From: Myxococcota bacterium
GTDB lineage: Bacteria > Myxococcota > SpSt-1050
Assembly (NCBI GenBank): GCA_049969675.1
Contig: JBMFOP010000011.1
Span: 1-42,661, forward strand
Direction of reading: 5' to 3'
Length of the DNA: 42,661 bases
Every line of letters starts with the position of its first letter. Position 1 is the stretch's first letter. The position numbers were made by a program, and so were the translations under genes. The notes below the pieces were generated by a model that saw only the letters and a program-made list of their open reading frames with translations, made no database searches and was not told the origin of the DNA. Of the stretch, positions 1-12,227 are shown piece after piece.

Positions 1-2
1 AC

Positions 3-227
3 ACGCCATTTTTCAATGGATATCGGCCGCAGTTTTATTTAAGGACGACGGATGTAACAGGGACATTGAATCTTCCATCTGGGGTGGAGATGGTAATGCC
101 TGGGGACAACATAAATGTAGAGGTGGAGTTGATAACGCCGGTGGCACTTGAGAAGGAGTTGAGATTTGCGGTGAGGGAAGGTGGGAGGACAGTAGGTGCT
201 GGCGTCATTACAGAAATAATAAAGTAA
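3..227 (+). CDS. tuf: Elongation factor Tu, C-terminal fragment (gene runs off the window start)
   Basis: Translated by hand from nt 3: [20 protein letters not shown]...MVMPGDN...[22 protein letters not shown], the EF-Tu domain III sequence. Not in the ORF track. Confidence 0.98.
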   Translation, partial: TPFFNGYRPQFYLRTTDVTGTLNLPSGVEMVMPGDNINVEVELITPVALEKELRFAVREGGRTVGAGVITEIIK

Positions 228-240
228 AGGGAACTTCAAG

Positions 241-390
241 ATGAGAAGTCAGGTAACTTTTGAATGTACAGTGTGCAAGGAGAGGAACTACACCGGGACA
301 AGAAATAAGAAGTCCAAACAGGAGAAGATGGAGTTCTCAAAATATTGTCCCAGGTGCAGAAAACATACCAAACACAAGGAGACGAAGTAA
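241..390 (+). CDS. rpmG: 50S ribosomal protein L33, zinc-binding (C+) form, 49 aa
   Basis: Hand translation [49 protein letters not shown]; two CxxC pairs; canonical position between tuf and tRNA-Trp/secE. Confidence 0.96.
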   Translation: MRSQVTFECTVCKERNYTGTRNKKSKQEKMEFSKYCPRCRKHTKHKETK

Positions 391-408
391 GAGATGTATA
401 TAGTCAGT

Positions 409-481
409 AGGCCAGTAGCTCTAATGGTAGAGCGGCGGTCTCCAAAACCGTTCGTTGGGGGTTCGAATCCCTCCTGGCCTG
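409..481 (+). tRNA. tRNA-Trp (anticodon CCA at 442-444); 3' CCA not encoded
   Basis: Acceptor stem AGGCCAG/CTGGCCT, discriminator G, anticodon arm GCGGT-CTCCAAA-ACCGT, T-loop GTTCGAATC; canonical position before secE. Confidence 0.97.
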
Positions 482-516
482 CTTGTTCTAATCCTTGCAA
501 AGAGGGTTTTTAAGAG

Positions 517-897
517 ATGATTTCAAATAAGAAGTGGATCTTTTTAGGTTATACGATAATTTCATTGTTTATATGGATTACCTTTGCTAAATTCTTTAGT
601 GCAATATTTGGTTGGTTTAATTTAACTGATTTGAATCTGCTCGGACCACAGTTTAAGTTGAGCACCCTGATTGGACTTGTTATAACACTCTCAGTGCTCA
701 TCTATTGTGTAAAGAGTCCTACAATAATGACTTTGTCTGATGAAGTTATTATTGAGTTGAGGAAGGTGAGCTGGCCAACGAGGCAGGAGACATATTATTC
801 TACACTCGTTGTAATTATTACTGTCCTAATTATGGCAGCTATTCTTGGACTATTTGATGCGATCTGGCTAAAGGTTACAAACTTAATTTACTATTAA
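517..897 (+). CDS. secE: Preprotein translocase subunit SecE (long, three predicted TM segments)
   Basis: ELRKVSWPTRQE motif followed by a TM helix; synteny tRNA-Trp-secE-nusG. Confidence 0.93.
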   Translation: MISNKKWIFLGYTIISLFIWITFAKFFSAIFGWFNLTDLNLLGPQFKLSTLIGLVITLSVLIYCVKSPTIMTLSDEVIIELRKVSWPTRQETYYSTLVVIITVLIMAAILGLFDAIWLKVTNLIYY

Positions 898-908
898 TGG
901 AGCTCTAA

Positions 909-1439
909 ATGGCATTAAAATGGTATGTGGTACATACTTATTCGGGATTTGAATTTAAGGTAAAGCAGATGCTGGAAGATAAGATTAGAAATGCGAATAT
1001 GCAGCAGTTCTTTGGAGAGATTCTTATCCCGGTTGAGAAGACTATGGATGAGCCCAAAGAGGGGAAGAAGACAAGACCCTCAAAATTTTATCCAGGATAT
1101 ATCCTTGTGCAGATGGATATGAATGAAAAGACATGGCACCTTGTCAGGTCTACTCCCAAAGTTACTGGTTTTGTAGGGAATTCAATCAATCCGCCACCGG
1201 TTCCAGACTCAGAAATTCAGAGGGTGATTGAACAGATGTCAGATGGCACTGTTGCAAAGAAGGTAAAGATCAGGTTTGAAGAGGGTGAATCTGTCAGGAT
1301 TATTGATGGGCCTTTTAACAATTTTACCGGGGTAATAGATAATATCAATACCGAAAAGGGTAAGGTCAGGGTATTGATAAGTATTTTTGGACGTTCCACT
1401 CCGGTGGAACTGGATTATAATCAAATTGAAAAGGTATAA
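909..1439 (+). CDS. nusG: Transcription termination/antitermination factor NusG
   Basis: WYVVHTYSGFE, FYPGYILV, VRSTPKVTGFVG, KOW motif VRIIDGPF, IFGRSTPVELD. Confidence 0.98.
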   Translation: MALKWYVVHTYSGFEFKVKQMLEDKIRNANMQQFFGEILIPVEKTMDEPKEGKKTRPSKFYPGYILVQMDMNEKTWHLVRSTPKVTGFVGNSINPPPVPDSEIQRVIEQMSDGTVAKKVKIRFEEGESVRIIDGPFNNFTGVIDNINTEKGKVRVLISIFGRSTPVELDYNQIEKV

Positions 1440-1449
1440 GGAGTAAAAG

Positions 1450-1875
1450 ATGGGCAAGAAAGTACTGACTACTGTCAAATTACAGATTCCAGCCGGTAAG
1501 GCAAATCCGGCTCCACCTGTTGGTCCCGCTCTTGGACAGCACGGTGTAAACATTATGGAGTTTTGTAAGGCATTTAATGCTAGAACACAGAATCAGGAAG
1601 GGATGATTATTCCGGTGGTAATAACCATCTACTCCGATAAATCATTTACATTTATAACAAAGACGCCGCCCGCCTCGGTCTTGCTCTTAAAGGCTGCAAA
1701 GGTAGAGAAGGGTTCATCTGTGCCCAACAAGATTAAAGTTGGTTCTGTGACAAGAAAGCAGGTTGAGGAGATTGCGAGGACAAAACTTCCAGACCTCAAC
1801 TGTGTGGATCTGGATGCGGCGATAAGGATTATTGAAGGGACCGCCCGTAATATGGGCATTGAGGTGAAAGGCTAA
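1450..1875 (+). CDS. rplK: 50S ribosomal protein L11
   Basis: [37 protein letters not shown]. Confidence 0.99.
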   Translation: MGKKVLTTVKLQIPAGKANPAPPVGPALGQHGVNIMEFCKAFNARTQNQEGMIIPVVITIYSDKSFTFITKTPPASVLLLKAAKVEKGSSVPNKIKVGSVTRKQVEEIARTKLPDLNCVDLDAAIRIIEGTARNMGIEVKG

Positions 1876-1890
1876 TCATAGGAGGCTGTG

Positions 1891-2598
1891 ATGAGAAAGA
1901 GAGGAAAGAAATATCAGAAGGCGAGGGAGCAGGTTGATAGAACCAGGAAGTATCCACTTGAAGAGGCGATTGCCTTGATGAAGAAGTTGAAGTACACCAG
2001 GTTTGATGAGACTGCGGATGTAAGTTTCAGGCTTAATGTAGATCCCAAAAATGCAGACCAGAATATAAAAGGTTCAGTTCTGTTGCCCAATGGACTCGGA
2101 AAGCAGTTTAAGGTGCTCGTATTTGCAAAGGGTGAAAAGGAGAAAGAGGCGCAGAGCGCCGGGGCGGATTATGTAGGCGGAGAGGATCTTGTCAGGAAGA
2201 TTCAGGAGGGCTGGTTTGACTTTGATAAGGTCATAGCAACTCCAGATATGATGGGAGTAATCAAGAATATAGGTAAGCTTTTGGGTCCTAAAGGGCTTAT
2301 GCCAAATCCCAAACTTGGAACTGTCACAATGGATGTCACAAGGGCGGTAAAGGATGCAAAGGCTGGTAAGGCAGATTTCAAAGTTGATAAGCAGGGCATA
2401 GTTCATACCTCTTTTGGGAAGGTCTCCTTTGATGAGAATAAACTCAAAGAGAACTTTTTGGCGATCTTTGAAACAATAGTGAAGATGAGACCCCCAACTG
2501 TTAAGGGTCAGTATATAAAGTCTGTTGCCATCTCTTCCACAATGGGACCGGGTTTTAAGCTGGACCTGTCCTATTTGATGAATGCGATTGCGAAGTAG
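1891..2598 (+). CDS. rplA: 50S ribosomal protein L1
   Basis: [32 protein letters not shown] 1891 preferred over GTG 1888 because AGGAGG lies at 1880-1885. Confidence 0.98.
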   Translation: MRKRGKKYQKAREQVDRTRKYPLEEAIALMKKLKYTRFDETADVSFRLNVDPKNADQNIKGSVLLPNGLGKQFKVLVFAKGEKEKEAQSAGADYVGGEDLVRKIQEGWFDFDKVIATPDMMGVIKNIGKLLGPKGLMPNPKLGTVTMDVTRAVKDAKAGKADFKVDKQGIVHTSFGKVSFDENKLKENFLAIFETIVKMRPPTVKGQYIKSVAISSTMGPGFKLDLSYLMNAIAK

Positions 2599-2608
2599 TC
2601 GTATTCTT

Positions 2609-2675
2609 CTGAGACAGCGGGTCACCAGAGATTGGTGTTAATTCTCTGATGCTATTTCAGATGCCCGCCGAGATG
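2609..2675 (+). promoter_or_regulatory. L10 leader (ribosomal protein L10/L12 autoregulatory RNA); boundaries approximate
   Basis: GAGACAGCGGG...TTAA...CCCGCCGAGA pattern with internal hairpins (CACCA/TGGTG, TCTGA/TCAGA) in the rplA-rplJ spacer. Confidence 0.8.
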
Positions 2676-2740
2676 GAAGGAAGATGATAAGAGAAGGTCT
2701 CAGAGCTTCAATTCTCCAGCGGAAAGGCAGGTGATAAAAT

Positions 2741-3277
2741 ATGATGACAAAGAAGGAAAAGGCGGAAGTTGTAAAGAATCTGAGAGAGAAGTTTGAAAAG
2801 GCAGCGGGTGTAATCGTTCTGGATTTCAAGGGTATTAAGGCAAATGATCTAATTGATATCCGAAAGAAATTTATTCAGAGCGGTATAGAGTACAGGGTTG
2901 TAAAGAATACACTCGCAAAGTTAGCACTTAAAGGTACTGGCATTGAGAGGATCTCCGATTATCTGGTCAATAACAATGGTCTTGCAATTAGCTATGATGA
3001 TGTCGTGGGTATGGCAAAGAGTGTTCTATCAACAGTCAAAGATAAAGATAGAGATAAGATGACCATTAAGGGTGGAATGATAGCAGGAGGAGACCTCCTT
3101 GATGCAGATGGTATCAAGAGGCTATCTGAATTACCGGGTAAGAATGAGATGCGGGCAATGTTCTTATCTGTGCTTACTCAGGTACCGAGGCAGTTGCTTT
3201 ATGTTATGAGCGCTGCACAGAGGGACCTGTTGAATCTCTTGAATGCCCGGAAACAGAAACTTGAAACAACAAATTAA
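2741..3277 (+). CDS. rplJ: 50S ribosomal protein L10
   Basis: YRVVKNTLAKLA motif, LSELPGK; position between rplA and rplL. Confidence 0.95.
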   Translation: MMTKKEKAEVVKNLREKFEKAAGVIVLDFKGIKANDLIDIRKKFIQSGIEYRVVKNTLAKLALKGTGIERISDYLVNNNGLAISYDDVVGMAKSVLSTVKDKDRDKMTIKGGMIAGGDLLDADGIKRLSELPGKNEMRAMFLSVLTQVPRQLLYVMSAAQRDLLNLLNARKQKLETTN

Positions 3278-3301
3278 TTTTTTTAAGAAGGAGATTTTAC
3301 T

Positions 3302-3697
3302 ATGGCAGACATCCAGATTACAGAAGAGCAGGTCATTGAGTACCTCTCAACAAGAAATGTATTGGAACTTTCAGCACTTGTAAAGAGGCTTGAAGAGAAG
3401 TGGGGCGTCTCAGCGGCTGCACCGGTGGCAGTGGCAGCGGCGGCACCTTCTGCTGGTGGAGCGGCAGCGGCACAGGAGGAGAAGACAGAGTTCACGGTAA
3501 TTCTCGAATCATACCCTGCCGACAAGAAGATTGGTGTAATTAAGGTCGTCAGAGAGTTGACAGGTCTGGGGCTTAAAGAGGCAAAGGACCTTGTTGATGC
3601 GGTTCCGAAACCAATTAAAGAGGGTGTAAATAAGGCAGATTCTGAGAACATCAAGAAGAAGCTTGAAGAGGCTGGTGCCAAGGTTACAATTAAGTGA
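3302..3697 (+). CDS. rplL: 50S ribosomal protein L7/L12
   Basis: Ala-rich hinge, [45 protein letters not shown]. Confidence 0.99.
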   Translation: MADIQITEEQVIEYLSTRNVLELSALVKRLEEKWGVSAAAPVAVAAAAPSAGGAAAAQEEKTEFTVILESYPADKKIGVIKVVRELTGLGLKEAKDLVDAVPKPIKEGVNKADSENIKKKLEEAGAKVTIK

Positions 3698-3729
3698 TCA
3701 AAACTTATTTCTTCTTTTAATGCCTTTTT

Positions 3730-3769
3730 TGGATTATCCGCCGGATCAACATCCCCGGTGGATAATCCA
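3730..3769 (+). other. 15-bp stem-loop in the rplL-rpoB spacer
   Basis: TGGATTATCCGCCGG (3730-3744) pairs with CCGGTGGATAATCCA (3755-3769) with one G-U pair; no downstream U tract. Confidence 0.6.
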
Positions 3770-3796
3770 GTCATTTAATATTTCCAGGAGAGGCTA

Positions 3797-6700
3797 ATGA
3801 AAAGAGACACAGTAAGGAATCTGAATTTTAGAAAGAGTTTTGCAAGGTCCAGGACCATTGTGGACCTGCCATATCTCATTGAACTTCAGAAAGAGTCGTA
3901 TGAGAAGTTTCTTCAGGCAGATGTCCCACCAGAAGAACGTAAAGATATCGGACTGCAGGGAGTTTTTAAGTCCATCTTCCCGATTGAAGACTATAATAAA
4001 ACTGCCTCTCTTGAGTTTGTTGAATATTCTATTGGTAAGCCAGAATATCCAATTGATGAGTGTAAGAAAAGGGGGATGACATATGAGGCACCTATTAAGA
4101 TAAATGTAAGATTGGTAATTTATAATACAGATCCAAACACCGGAAATCGCACGGTCAGAAATATGAAGGAAGAGCCGGTATTTTTTGGGAAGATCCCTCT
4201 GATGACCCCGACCGGCACTTTTATTATTAATGGAACCGAGAGGGTAATAGTTAATCAATTACACCGTTCTCCCGGAGTCTCCTATGAGAGCGACAAGTCA
4301 AAGGCAGAGACCGGAAATATGGTTATATACTCTGCCAGATTGATACCTTATAGAGGTTCGTGGCTTGATTTTGAGTTTGACCATAAGGACTATTTATATG
4401 TCAGAATTGACAAAAAGAGAAAGATTCCGGCGACAGTTATTTTGAGGGCCCTCGGTTTCACGACCAAACAGATTCTGGACTATTATTACAAGAAGGAGAA
4501 GATATATATCCTCGGTAATGGTCAATATGCAAAGAGTCTGGAATTTGATATAATTGCTGACCAGCGAGCAGACAGAGATATCAAAAATCCAAAGACCGGT
4601 GAGATAATCGTCAGAAAGAATATGAAATTTACCCCTGCTGTAATTAATAAATTGAAGAATGCCGGGGTTACATCACTTCCGATTGAGGCGAAGGATGTTG
4701 AGGGGAAGGTTGTATCTGATGATGTGATTGATGAGGACACAGGTGAGGTAATCCTGCAGACGAACGAAGAACTCACAGAGGCAAAACTCAAGGAGATTGA
4801 AAAACGTGGTATAAAAGAGGTTAGTGTATTGTTTATTGATAATCTCAATGTCGGACCATATATCAGAAAGACTCTCATCAGTGATAAATTGAATTCAACA
4901 GAAGAGGCACTTCTTGAATTGCACAGGAAGTTGAGACCCGGTGAGCCGGCTACTGTGGAGGCGGCGAGCGATGTCTTCTATAGACTCTTCTTTGACCTGC
5001 AGAAGTATGACCTGTCTAAAGTGGGAAGGCTCAAACTAAATTACAAATTTCATCAGGACGAGCCCCTTGACAATACAGTATTGACCAGAAGAGATATACT
5101 TGAGACAGTGAGATATCTGGTGGAGATTAGAGATGGCAAGGGACATGTGGATGATATAGACCATCTGGGGAACAGGAGAATCAGGCCCGTCGGGGAACTG
5201 GTAGAGAATCAGTATCGTATCGGACTTGTCAGAATGGAGAGGATAGTAAAGGAGAAGATGGGGCAGCAGGAGATAGATACTATAATGCCTACTGACCTTA
5301 TAAATTCTAAACCGGTTGTTGGTGTGATAAAGGAGTTCTTTGGCTCTTCACAATTATCACAGTTTATGGACCAGACAAATCCGCTTTCGGAGCTCGCTCA
5401 CAAGAGGAGATTGTCAGCCCTTGGTCCGGGTGGACTGACAAGAGAGAGGGCTGGTTTTGAGGTCAGAGATGTTCATCCAACACATTATGGCAGAATCTGT
5501 CCGATTGAAACCCCTGAGGGTCCAAATATAGGTCTTATCGCAAGTCTTGCCTCTTATGCGCGGGTAAATGAATTTGGATTTATTGAATCACCATATAGAC
5601 GGGTTTCAGAGATGAAAGTCTCCTCAGAGGTTGAATATCTAAATGCCCTTGATGAGGAGAGGCATATTATTGCACAGGCCACAATCAACCTGGATAGATA
5701 TGGCAGGATAGCAGATGAGATAGTCTCCGCCAGAAGGCAGGGTGAATTTGCACTTGTAAAACCTGAAGAGGTGTCTCTGATGGATGTCTCTACCAATCAG
5801 ATGGTGAGTATAGCTGCCGGGCTGATTCCATTTCTGGAACATGATGACGCCAACAGGGCATTGATGGGCTCCAATATGCAGAGACAGGCGGTCCCGCTGA
5901 TTGTATCTGAATCCCCATTTGTAGGTACTGGTATTGAAAAACGTTCTGCTATTGATGCCGGGGCAGTAGTGGTTGCAAAACGTTCAGGTGTTGTAAAGTC
6001 TGTAGATTCACAGCGCATAGTTGTAAAGGTTGATAAGGTGGGCGTGAATGAGTCCCCTGTTGATATATATAATCTGGTGAAGTGGCAGAAGACAAACCAG
6101 AATAATTGCTTTAATCAGAAGCCAATAGTGAGAGTAGGTGACTATGTAGAGGCGGGAGATGTACTGGCTGATGGCCCGACCACCGATCTGGGTGAGCTCT
6201 CGCTCGGGAGAAATGTCCTTGTGGCATTCGTTCCATGGAGCGGATATAATTTTGAAGATGCCATCATATTGAGTGAACGTCTCGTAAAAGAGGATGTTTT
6301 TACTTCTATTCATATTGAAGAGTTTGAATGTATCGCCAGAGATACAAAGCTGGGTAAGGAGGAGATTACACGCGATATACCCGGACTCTCGGAAGAGGCA
6401 CTTAAGGACCTGGATGAGAGTGGCGTTGTGAGAATCGGTGCAGAGGTAAAACACGGAGATGTCCTTGTCGGGAAGATTACCCCCAAGGCGGATACACAAC
6501 TCTCTCCCGAAGAGAAGCTACTTAAGGCGATATTTGGAGAGAAGGCAGGTGATGTAAAGGATACCTCTCTGGTAGTTCCACCCGGAGTAAAGGGAGTGGT
6601 GATTGATGCTCAGGTATATACGAGAGAAGCGATTGACAAGGATGAGAGGGCACGCTCTATCAGACAGCAGGAAGAGGCAAGACTTACAAAGGAATTAAAT

Positions 6701-7912
6701 GACCAGATAAAGATTATCAACGATAGTATTTATTCAAGACTCAGGAAGATATTAAAGGACCATGAGGCAAAGAATAGAGTTCAGGACCCATCCGGTAAGA
6801 CAATAATCTCAAAGGGGAAGAAGTTGACTCAGGAGGTGCTGGATGAGATATCTGATGACCTGTTAGAATATATTGAGGTAACAGATGCAAAGACTCAACA
6901 GCAGATTCAGCAGATAATTGAAAGTCGCAATGAACAGATAGATATCCTCAAACTCTACTATAAGGAGAGAACCAGCAAGCTCAATCGCAGCGATGAACTC
7001 CCCACCGGAGTTATAAAGATGGTAAAGGTATATGTGGCGACCAAGAGGAAGATACAGGTAGGAGACAAGATGGCAGGTCGTCACGGGAACAAAGGTGTAA
7101 TATCCAAAATTTTGCGTGAAGAAGACCTCCCATATCTCCCAGATGGAACACCTGTTGATATTGTGCTCAATCCTCTGGGGGTTCCCTCCAGAATGAATGT
7201 TGGACAGATTCTTGAGACGCATCTCGGATGGGCAGCAAAAGGGCTTGGACTGAAGATTGGTGAACTGATAAAGAAGGTGCAGGACCCGGATAAAATCAGA
7301 AAGGAACTCAAATCCATATATGATGATGAAATCATTTCAAATGCACTGGACAACCTCTCTGATGATGCGATTCTGGAACTTGCAAGAAGGATTTCTAAAA
7401 GTGGTATTCATTTTGCGACACCGGTCTTTGATGGAGCAAGGGAGGAGGATATAAAGAGATATCTTGAAAAGGCTGGACTACCACAGAGTGGACAGACAAT
7501 ATTGTTTGATGGGAGGACCGGTGAGCCATTTGACCAGCCAGTTACAGTCGGATATATGTATATGCTCAAACTCCACCACCTTGTAGATGATAAAATACAC
7601 GCGAGGTCCACGGGCCCTTATTCTCTTGTCACCCAGCAGCCTCTTGGAGGAAAGGCACAGTTTGGAGGACAGAGGCTTGGAGAGATGGAGGTCTGGGCAC
7701 TTGAGGCATATGGGGCTGCATACTCTCTACAGGAGATGCTTACTGTAAAATCAGACGATGTGGCTGGTAGAACGCGAATGTATGAATCAATAGTCAAGGG
7801 CGATAATACACTTGAATGTGGACTCCCGGAGTCATTTAATGTCCTTATCAAAGAGCTCCAGAGTCTCGCACTTGATGTACAGCTTCTTGAAGAAGAGGCT
7901 GAGGATTTTTAA
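3797..7912 (+). CDS. rpoB: DNA-directed RNA polymerase subunit beta
   Basis: [63 protein letters not shown]; 1371 aa. Confidence 0.99.
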   Translation: MKRDTVRNLNFRKSFARSRTIVDLPYLIELQKESYEKFLQADVPPEERKDIGLQGVFKSIFPIEDYNKTASLEFVEYSIGKPEYPIDECKKRGMTYEAPIKINVRLVIYNTDPNTGNRTVRNMKEEPVFFGKIPLMTPTGTFIINGTERVIVNQLHRSPGVSYESDKSKAETGNMVIYSARLIPYRGSWLDFEFDHKDYLYVRIDKKRKIPATVILRALGFTTKQILDYYYKKEKIYILGNGQYAKSLEFDIIADQRADRDIKNPKTGEIIVRKNMKFTPAVINKLKNAGVTSLPIEAKDVEGKVVSDDVIDEDTGEVILQTNEELTEAKLKEIEKRGIKEVSVLFIDNLNVGPYIRKTLISDKLNSTEEALLELHRKLRPGEPATVEAASDVFYRLFFDLQKYDLSKVGRLKLNYKFHQDEPLDNTVLTRRDILETVRYLVEIRDGKGHVDDIDHLGNRRIRPVGELVENQYRIGLVRMERIVKEKMGQQEIDTIMPTDLINSKPVVGVIKEFFGSSQLSQFMDQTNPLSELAHKRRLSALGPGGLTRERAGFEVRDVHPTHYGRICPIETPEGPNIGLIASLASYARVNEFGFIESPYRRVSEMKVSSEVEYLNALDEERHIIAQATINLDRYGRIADEIVSARRQGEFALVKPEEVSLMDVSTNQMVSIAAGLIPFLEHDDANRALMGSNMQRQAVPLIVSESPFVGTGIEKRSAIDAGAVVVAKRSGVVKSVDSQRIVVKVDKVGVNESPVDIYNLVKWQKTNQNNCFNQKPIVRVGDYVEAGDVLADGPTTDLGELSLGRNVLVAFVPWSGYNFEDAIILSERLVKEDVFTSIHIEEFECIARDTKLGKEEITRDIPGLSEEALKDLDESGVVRIGAEVKHGDVLVGKITPKADTQLSPEEKLLKAIFGEKAGDVKDTSLVVPPGVKGVVIDAQVYTREAIDKDERARSIRQQEEARLTKELNDQIKIINDSIYSRLRKILKDHEAKNRVQDPSGKTIISKGKKLTQEVLDEISDDLLEYIEVTDAKTQQQIQQIIESRNEQIDILKLYYKERTSKLNRSDELPTGVIKMVKVYVATKRKIQVGDKMAGRHGNKGVISKILREEDLPYLPDGTPVDIVLNPLGVPSRMNVGQILETHLGWAAKGLGLKIGELIKKVQDPDKIRKELKSIYDDEIISNALDNLSDDAILELARRISKSGIHFATPVFDGAREEDIKRYLEKAGLPQSGQTILFDGRTGEPFDQPVTVGYMYMLKLHHLVDDKIHARSTGPYSLVTQQPLGGKAQFGGQRLGEMEVWALEAYGAAYSLQEMLTVKSDDVAGRTRMYESIVKGDNTLECGLPESFNVLIKELQSLALDVQLLEEEAEDF

Positions 7913-7939
7913 TGTAAACCTTAAACAAGGAGTACGGCT

Positions 7940-10900
7940 TTGAGAGATTTATTAGGTCTTTTTGAGAAGCCAAGGGATCCACTGAGTTTTTCTGCAATGA
8001 AAATTTCTCTGGCGTCCACTCAGAAGATAAAGGAGTGGTCGCACGGAGAGGTCAAGAAACCAGAGACTATAAATTATCGTACATTCAAACCAGAACGGGA
8101 TGGGCTCTTCTGTCCCAAGATATTTGGACCTGTAAAGGATTATGAATGTCTATGTGGCAAGTACAAGAAACTCAGAAACAAAAATCAGATCTGTGAAAAG
8201 TGTGGTGTGGAGGTTATTCAATCAAAGGTGAGGAGGGAACGTCTGGGACATATTACACTCTCTACCCCTGTTGCGCACATCTGGTTTTTAAAGAGTCTTC
8301 CATCAAGGATTGCTACAGTACTGGATATCCCGCCGAGAGACCTTGAGAAGGTGCTCTACTGTGAATCATATATAATTCTGGATCCGATGAAGACCAGACT
8401 TACCAAGAAGGAGATAATCTCTGAAGAGAAGTATATAAATTACATCTCAGAATTTGGGACGGATTCATTCAAGGCTGGAATGGGGGCAGAGGCAATTTTT
8501 ACGCTCTTAAAGGAGATTAATATTGAAAATGAGTACCAGAATCTCAAAGAGGACCTTAAGAAGGCAAATACCGATACCAAGAAGAAGAAGATTCAGAAGA
8601 GGATTAAGGTTATCAACGCATTTAGAGAGTCTGGAAATAGGCCAGAGTGGATGATCCTTGAGGTGATACCCGTACTGCCGCCAGACCTCAGACCACTCGT
8701 TCCACTGGATGGCGGGAGATTTGCGACCTCAGACCTGAACGACCTCTACAGGAGGGTTATAAACAGGAACAACAGATTAAAGAGATTGATTGAGCTCAAC
8801 TCCCCGGACATCATCGTAAGGAATGAGAAGAGGATGCTGCAGGAGGCGATTGATGCCCTATTTGATAATGGTAGGAGAGGGAAGGTCATAACAGGCACAA
8901 ATAAGAGGCCGCTCAAATCTCTCTCTGATATGATAAAGGGGAAACAGGGACGTTTTAGACAGAATCTACTTGGTAAGAGAGTTGACTACTCTGGCCGTTC
9001 GGTAATTGTGGTAGGACCGGAACTCAAGTTGCACCAGTGTGGACTCCCGAAGATTATGGCAGTAGAACTGTTCAAGCCATTTATATTCAATAAACTTTTT
9101 GAAAAAGGATATGTGACCACAACAAAGAGCGCGAAGAAGATGGTGGAGAAGGAGAGACCGGAGATATGGGATGTCCTTGATGATGTAATAAAAGAGCATC
9201 CAGTCCTGTTGAACAGGGCACCTACACTCCATAGACTTGGGATTCAGGCATTTGAGCCGGTGCTCATTGAAGGTAAGGCGATTCAGCTGCACCCATTGGT
9301 ATGTACCGCCTATAATGCAGATTTTGATGGAGACCAGATGGCAGTCCACGTCCCGCTTTCACTTGAGGCACAGGTGGAGGCGAGGGTGCTTATGATGTCA
9401 ACCAATAACATTCTCTCTCCAGCGAGCGGCAAACCAATTATAGTCCCCACACAGGATATAGTCCTTGGTATCTACTATATGACGCGTGAGAAACCATTTG
9501 CAAAAGGTGAGGGGAAGGTCTTCTCTTCTTTTGATGAAGTTAGGATGGCGTACGATAGCAAAGAGGTGGAACTTCATGCAAAGATAAAGGTCAGATTGGA
9601 TGGGAAGAGGATTGATACTACAGTAGGAAGGGTCCTGCTCTACGACATATTCCCGCCAGTTATTCCTTTTGAGATGATAAATAAGGTTCTGGATAAGAAG
9701 GGATTGGGAGATGTTATTGATAAGTGTTATAGATTGACAGGTGAAAAGGAGACGATTCTTCTTGCCGATAGACTTAGAACCATAGGTTACAAATATGCAA
9801 CACTTGCAGGTATCTCTATAGCGATTGATGATATGAAGATTCCACCCGAAAAAGAGGAGTTATTGAAGCGGGCGATGAAGGAGGTACAGGATATTGAAGA
9901 GCAATACAACTCCGGTATCATTACACAGTCAGAGAAATATAATCAGGTAATCAATGTGTGGGATAATGTGACCAATACCATTGCAAAGACTATGATGAAA
10001 CAGATTCAGACCGATTATTACTATCATCCTGATTATCCCGAAGATAAATCAAAGGCAGTGCAGGCACAGTCCTTCAACCCGATTTATATTATGGCTGATT
10101 CAAAGGCAAGAGGGTCAGAGAACCAGATGAAACAGCTGGCTGGTATGAGAGGGTTGATGGCAAAACCATCTGGAGAAATTATTGATACCCCAATAACTGC
10201 AAACCTCAGAGAAGGTCTCTCTGTGTTACAGTATTTTATCTCAACTCACGGCGCAAGAAAGGGACTTGCCGATACGGCACTTAAGACCGCGTCCGCAGGC
10301 TACCTGACCAGAAGGCTTGTAGATGTAGTTCAGGATGTCACAGTTACGGAGTTTGATTGTGGAACTATGGATGGCATTGAGATGTCCTCACTGGTTGAGG
10401 GTGGACAGATCATTGAGAGGCTGAGTGAACGAATACTTGGCAGGACCGCTCTAAACGATATAGTTGACCCGATTACGCAGGAGGTAATTGTAAAGGCGAA
10501 TGAAGAGATTGATGAGAGACTCGCAGCAAGGATTGAAGAGGCAGGGATTGAGAAAGTAATGATAAGGTCTGTTCTGACCTGTAAGTCAAAATATGGGGTA
10601 TGTGTTGAGTGTTATGGAAGAGACCTTGCGAGAGGTAGAAAGGTAAATGTTGGAGAGGCGGTAGGTATTATTGCAGCCCAGTCCATCGGTGAACCGGGTA
10701 CTCAGCTTACAATGAGAACATTCCACATCGGAGGAGTTGCATCCAGAAAGGCAGAGCAGAGCAGCCTTGAGAACAGGTTTGAGGGTATTGTAAAGTATCT
10801 CAACCTAAAGTTAATTGAAAATAAAGAAGGTAAGAATGTCGCAATGAATAGATCCGGTGAGGTTCTGATAGTGGATGACCAGGGTAGAGAGAGGGAGAGA

Positions 10901-12109
10901 TACAGAATTGTCTACGGAGCCGTGGTAAAGGTGAAAGAAGGTCAGAGGGTAAAGGCAGGTACAAGGCTTGCTGAATGGGATCCATATTCCACACCGATTC
11001 TCTCTGAGGTCAGTGGTAAGGTAAAGTATGGAGATATTATTGAAGGTATCACAATGCAGGAGCAGGTGGATGAGGTTACAGGGCTCTCCTCAAAGGTGAT
11101 TATAGAATCTAAAGACCCTGATGCCAGACCAAGAATCTCCATTAAGGACCCCAAAGGTGTTACGATTCAGATACCAGGCACTGACCAGCAGGCAAGATAC
11201 TTTATGCCGACCGGTGCAATCCTTATGGTTGAGAATGGTGCTGAGATAATGGCAGGGGATATTCTTGCCAAGATGCCCAGAGAGACCACTAAGACCAAGG
11301 ATATTACTGGCGGTCTCCCGAGGGTGGCAGAGCTCTTTGAAGCCAGAAAACCAAAGGGTTATGTCGTAATCTCCGAAGTGGATGGACTTGTAGAGTTTGG
11401 TAAGGAGAGTAAGGGGAAGAGACAGCTGACTATCTACCCGATAATTGAAGGGAAGATAATGAGAGATGAGAAGGTAGTTAAGAAGTACCTTATTCCAAAG
11501 AGTAAGCACATAATTGTCCATCACGGAGACCTGATAAAGGCTGGTGAACCTCTCTTTGAGGGACCAATAAATCCACACGACATCCTCAATGTTTTAGGGG
11601 AGAAGCATCTGGCGAGATTCCTTGTAGACCAGATTCAGGAGGTCTATAAATTACAGGGAGTGAAGATTAATGATAAGCATTTTGAAATCGTTGTAAGACA
11701 GATGCTGAAGAGAATCAAGATTAAGGATCCGGGTGATACAGACTTCCTTGAGGATGAGCATGTGGAAAAGACAGAATTTGATAGAAAAAATGAGGAGGTT
11801 CTGAGCCAGGGGAAACGTCCGGCGACTGGAACGGCATTGCTGCTGGGAATTACAAAGGCATCTCTATCTACAGAGTCCTTTATATCCGCCTCCTCATTCC
11901 AGGAGACCACAAAGGTTCTTACAGAGGCGGCGGTTGCTGGTAAGACCGATTATCTAAGAGGACTTAAAGAGAATATTATAATGGGGCGACTTATCCCTGC
12001 AGGGACCGGACTCAGGAGATATAAGTATCTGGATATAGTTGTAAATGAGACCTTTGCCTCGGCAGGTAGAGAGAGGACCGAGACAGATATAAATCCGGAC
12101 CAGAAGTAG
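7940..12109 (+). CDS. rpoC: DNA-directed RNA polymerase subunit beta'
   Basis: [12 protein letters not shown] catalytic motif, N-terminal Zn-binding cysteines, [19 protein letters not shown] start preceded by AAGGAG. Confidence 0.99.
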   Translation: MRDLLGLFEKPRDPLSFSAMKISLASTQKIKEWSHGEVKKPETINYRTFKPERDGLFCPKIFGPVKDYECLCGKYKKLRNKNQICEKCGVEVIQSKVRRERLGHITLSTPVAHIWFLKSLPSRIATVLDIPPRDLEKVLYCESYIILDPMKTRLTKKEIISEEKYINYISEFGTDSFKAGMGAEAIFTLLKEINIENEYQNLKEDLKKANTDTKKKKIQKRIKVINAFRESGNRPEWMILEVIPVLPPDLRPLVPLDGGRFATSDLNDLYRRVINRNNRLKRLIELNSPDIIVRNEKRMLQEAIDALFDNGRRGKVITGTNKRPLKSLSDMIKGKQGRFRQNLLGKRVDYSGRSVIVVGPELKLHQCGLPKIMAVELFKPFIFNKLFEKGYVTTTKSAKKMVEKERPEIWDVLDDVIKEHPVLLNRAPTLHRLGIQAFEPVLIEGKAIQLHPLVCTAYNADFDGDQMAVHVPLSLEAQVEARVLMMSTNNILSPASGKPIIVPTQDIVLGIYYMTREKPFAKGEGKVFSSFDEVRMAYDSKEVELHAKIKVRLDGKRIDTTVGRVLLYDIFPPVIPFEMINKVLDKKGLGDVIDKCYRLTGEKETILLADRLRTIGYKYATLAGISIAIDDMKIPPEKEELLKRAMKEVQDIEEQYNSGIITQSEKYNQVINVWDNVTNTIAKTMMKQIQTDYYYHPDYPEDKSKAVQAQSFNPIYIMADSKARGSENQMKQLAGMRGLMAKPSGEIIDTPITANLREGLSVLQYFISTHGARKGLADTALKTASAGYLTRRLVDVVQDVTVTEFDCGTMDGIEMSSLVEGGQIIERLSERILGRTALNDIVDPITQEVIVKANEEIDERLAARIEEAGIEKVMIRSVLTCKSKYGVCVECYGRDLARGRKVNVGEAVGIIAAQSIGEPGTQLTMRTFHIGGVASRKAEQSSLENRFEGIVKYLNLKLIENKEGKNVAMNRSGEVLIVDDQGRERERYRIVYGAVVKVKEGQRVKAGTRLAEWDPYSTPILSEVSGKVKYGDIIEGITMQEQVDEVTGLSSKVIIESKDPDARPRISIKDPKGVTIQIPGTDQQARYFMPTGAILMVENGAEIMAGDILAKMPRETTKTKDITGGLPRVAELFEARKPKGYVVISEVDGLVEFGKESKGKRQLTIYPIIEGKIMRDEKVVKKYLIPKSKHIIVHHGDLIKAGEPLFEGPINPHDILNVLGEKHLARFLVDQIQEVYKLQGVKINDKHFEIVVRQMLKRIKIKDPGDTDFLEDEHVEKTEFDRKNEEVLSQGKRPATGTALLLGITKASLSTESFISASSFQETTKVLTEAAVAGKTDYLRGLKENIIMGRLIPAGTGLRRYKYLDIVVNETFASAGRERTETDINPDQK

Positions 12110-12227
12110 AATTCTTGTATTTAAACACCAACTTCACAATTTTTAAGTAATATGCTTCGATAGTTTTTTTACCAATCTTCTCGTTTGTTTAAGATATATT
12201 AAGGTTACGAATAAAGAATCTAAAATC

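Noticed and set aside
39..11910. Many antisense and alternate-frame ORFs over tuf to rpoC (e.g. 2074-2625, 3283-3774, 6008-6499, 11090-11578)
   Set aside because: Shadows of highly conserved genes, with no motifs or SD. The same applies to the short overlapping ORFs in the rest of the window.
3797..12109. Inteins, large insertions or rifampicin-resistance changes in rpoB/rpoC
   Set aside because: Lengths are typical, no intein motifs are visible, and the key Asp/His/Ser residues of rifampicin cluster I are retained.
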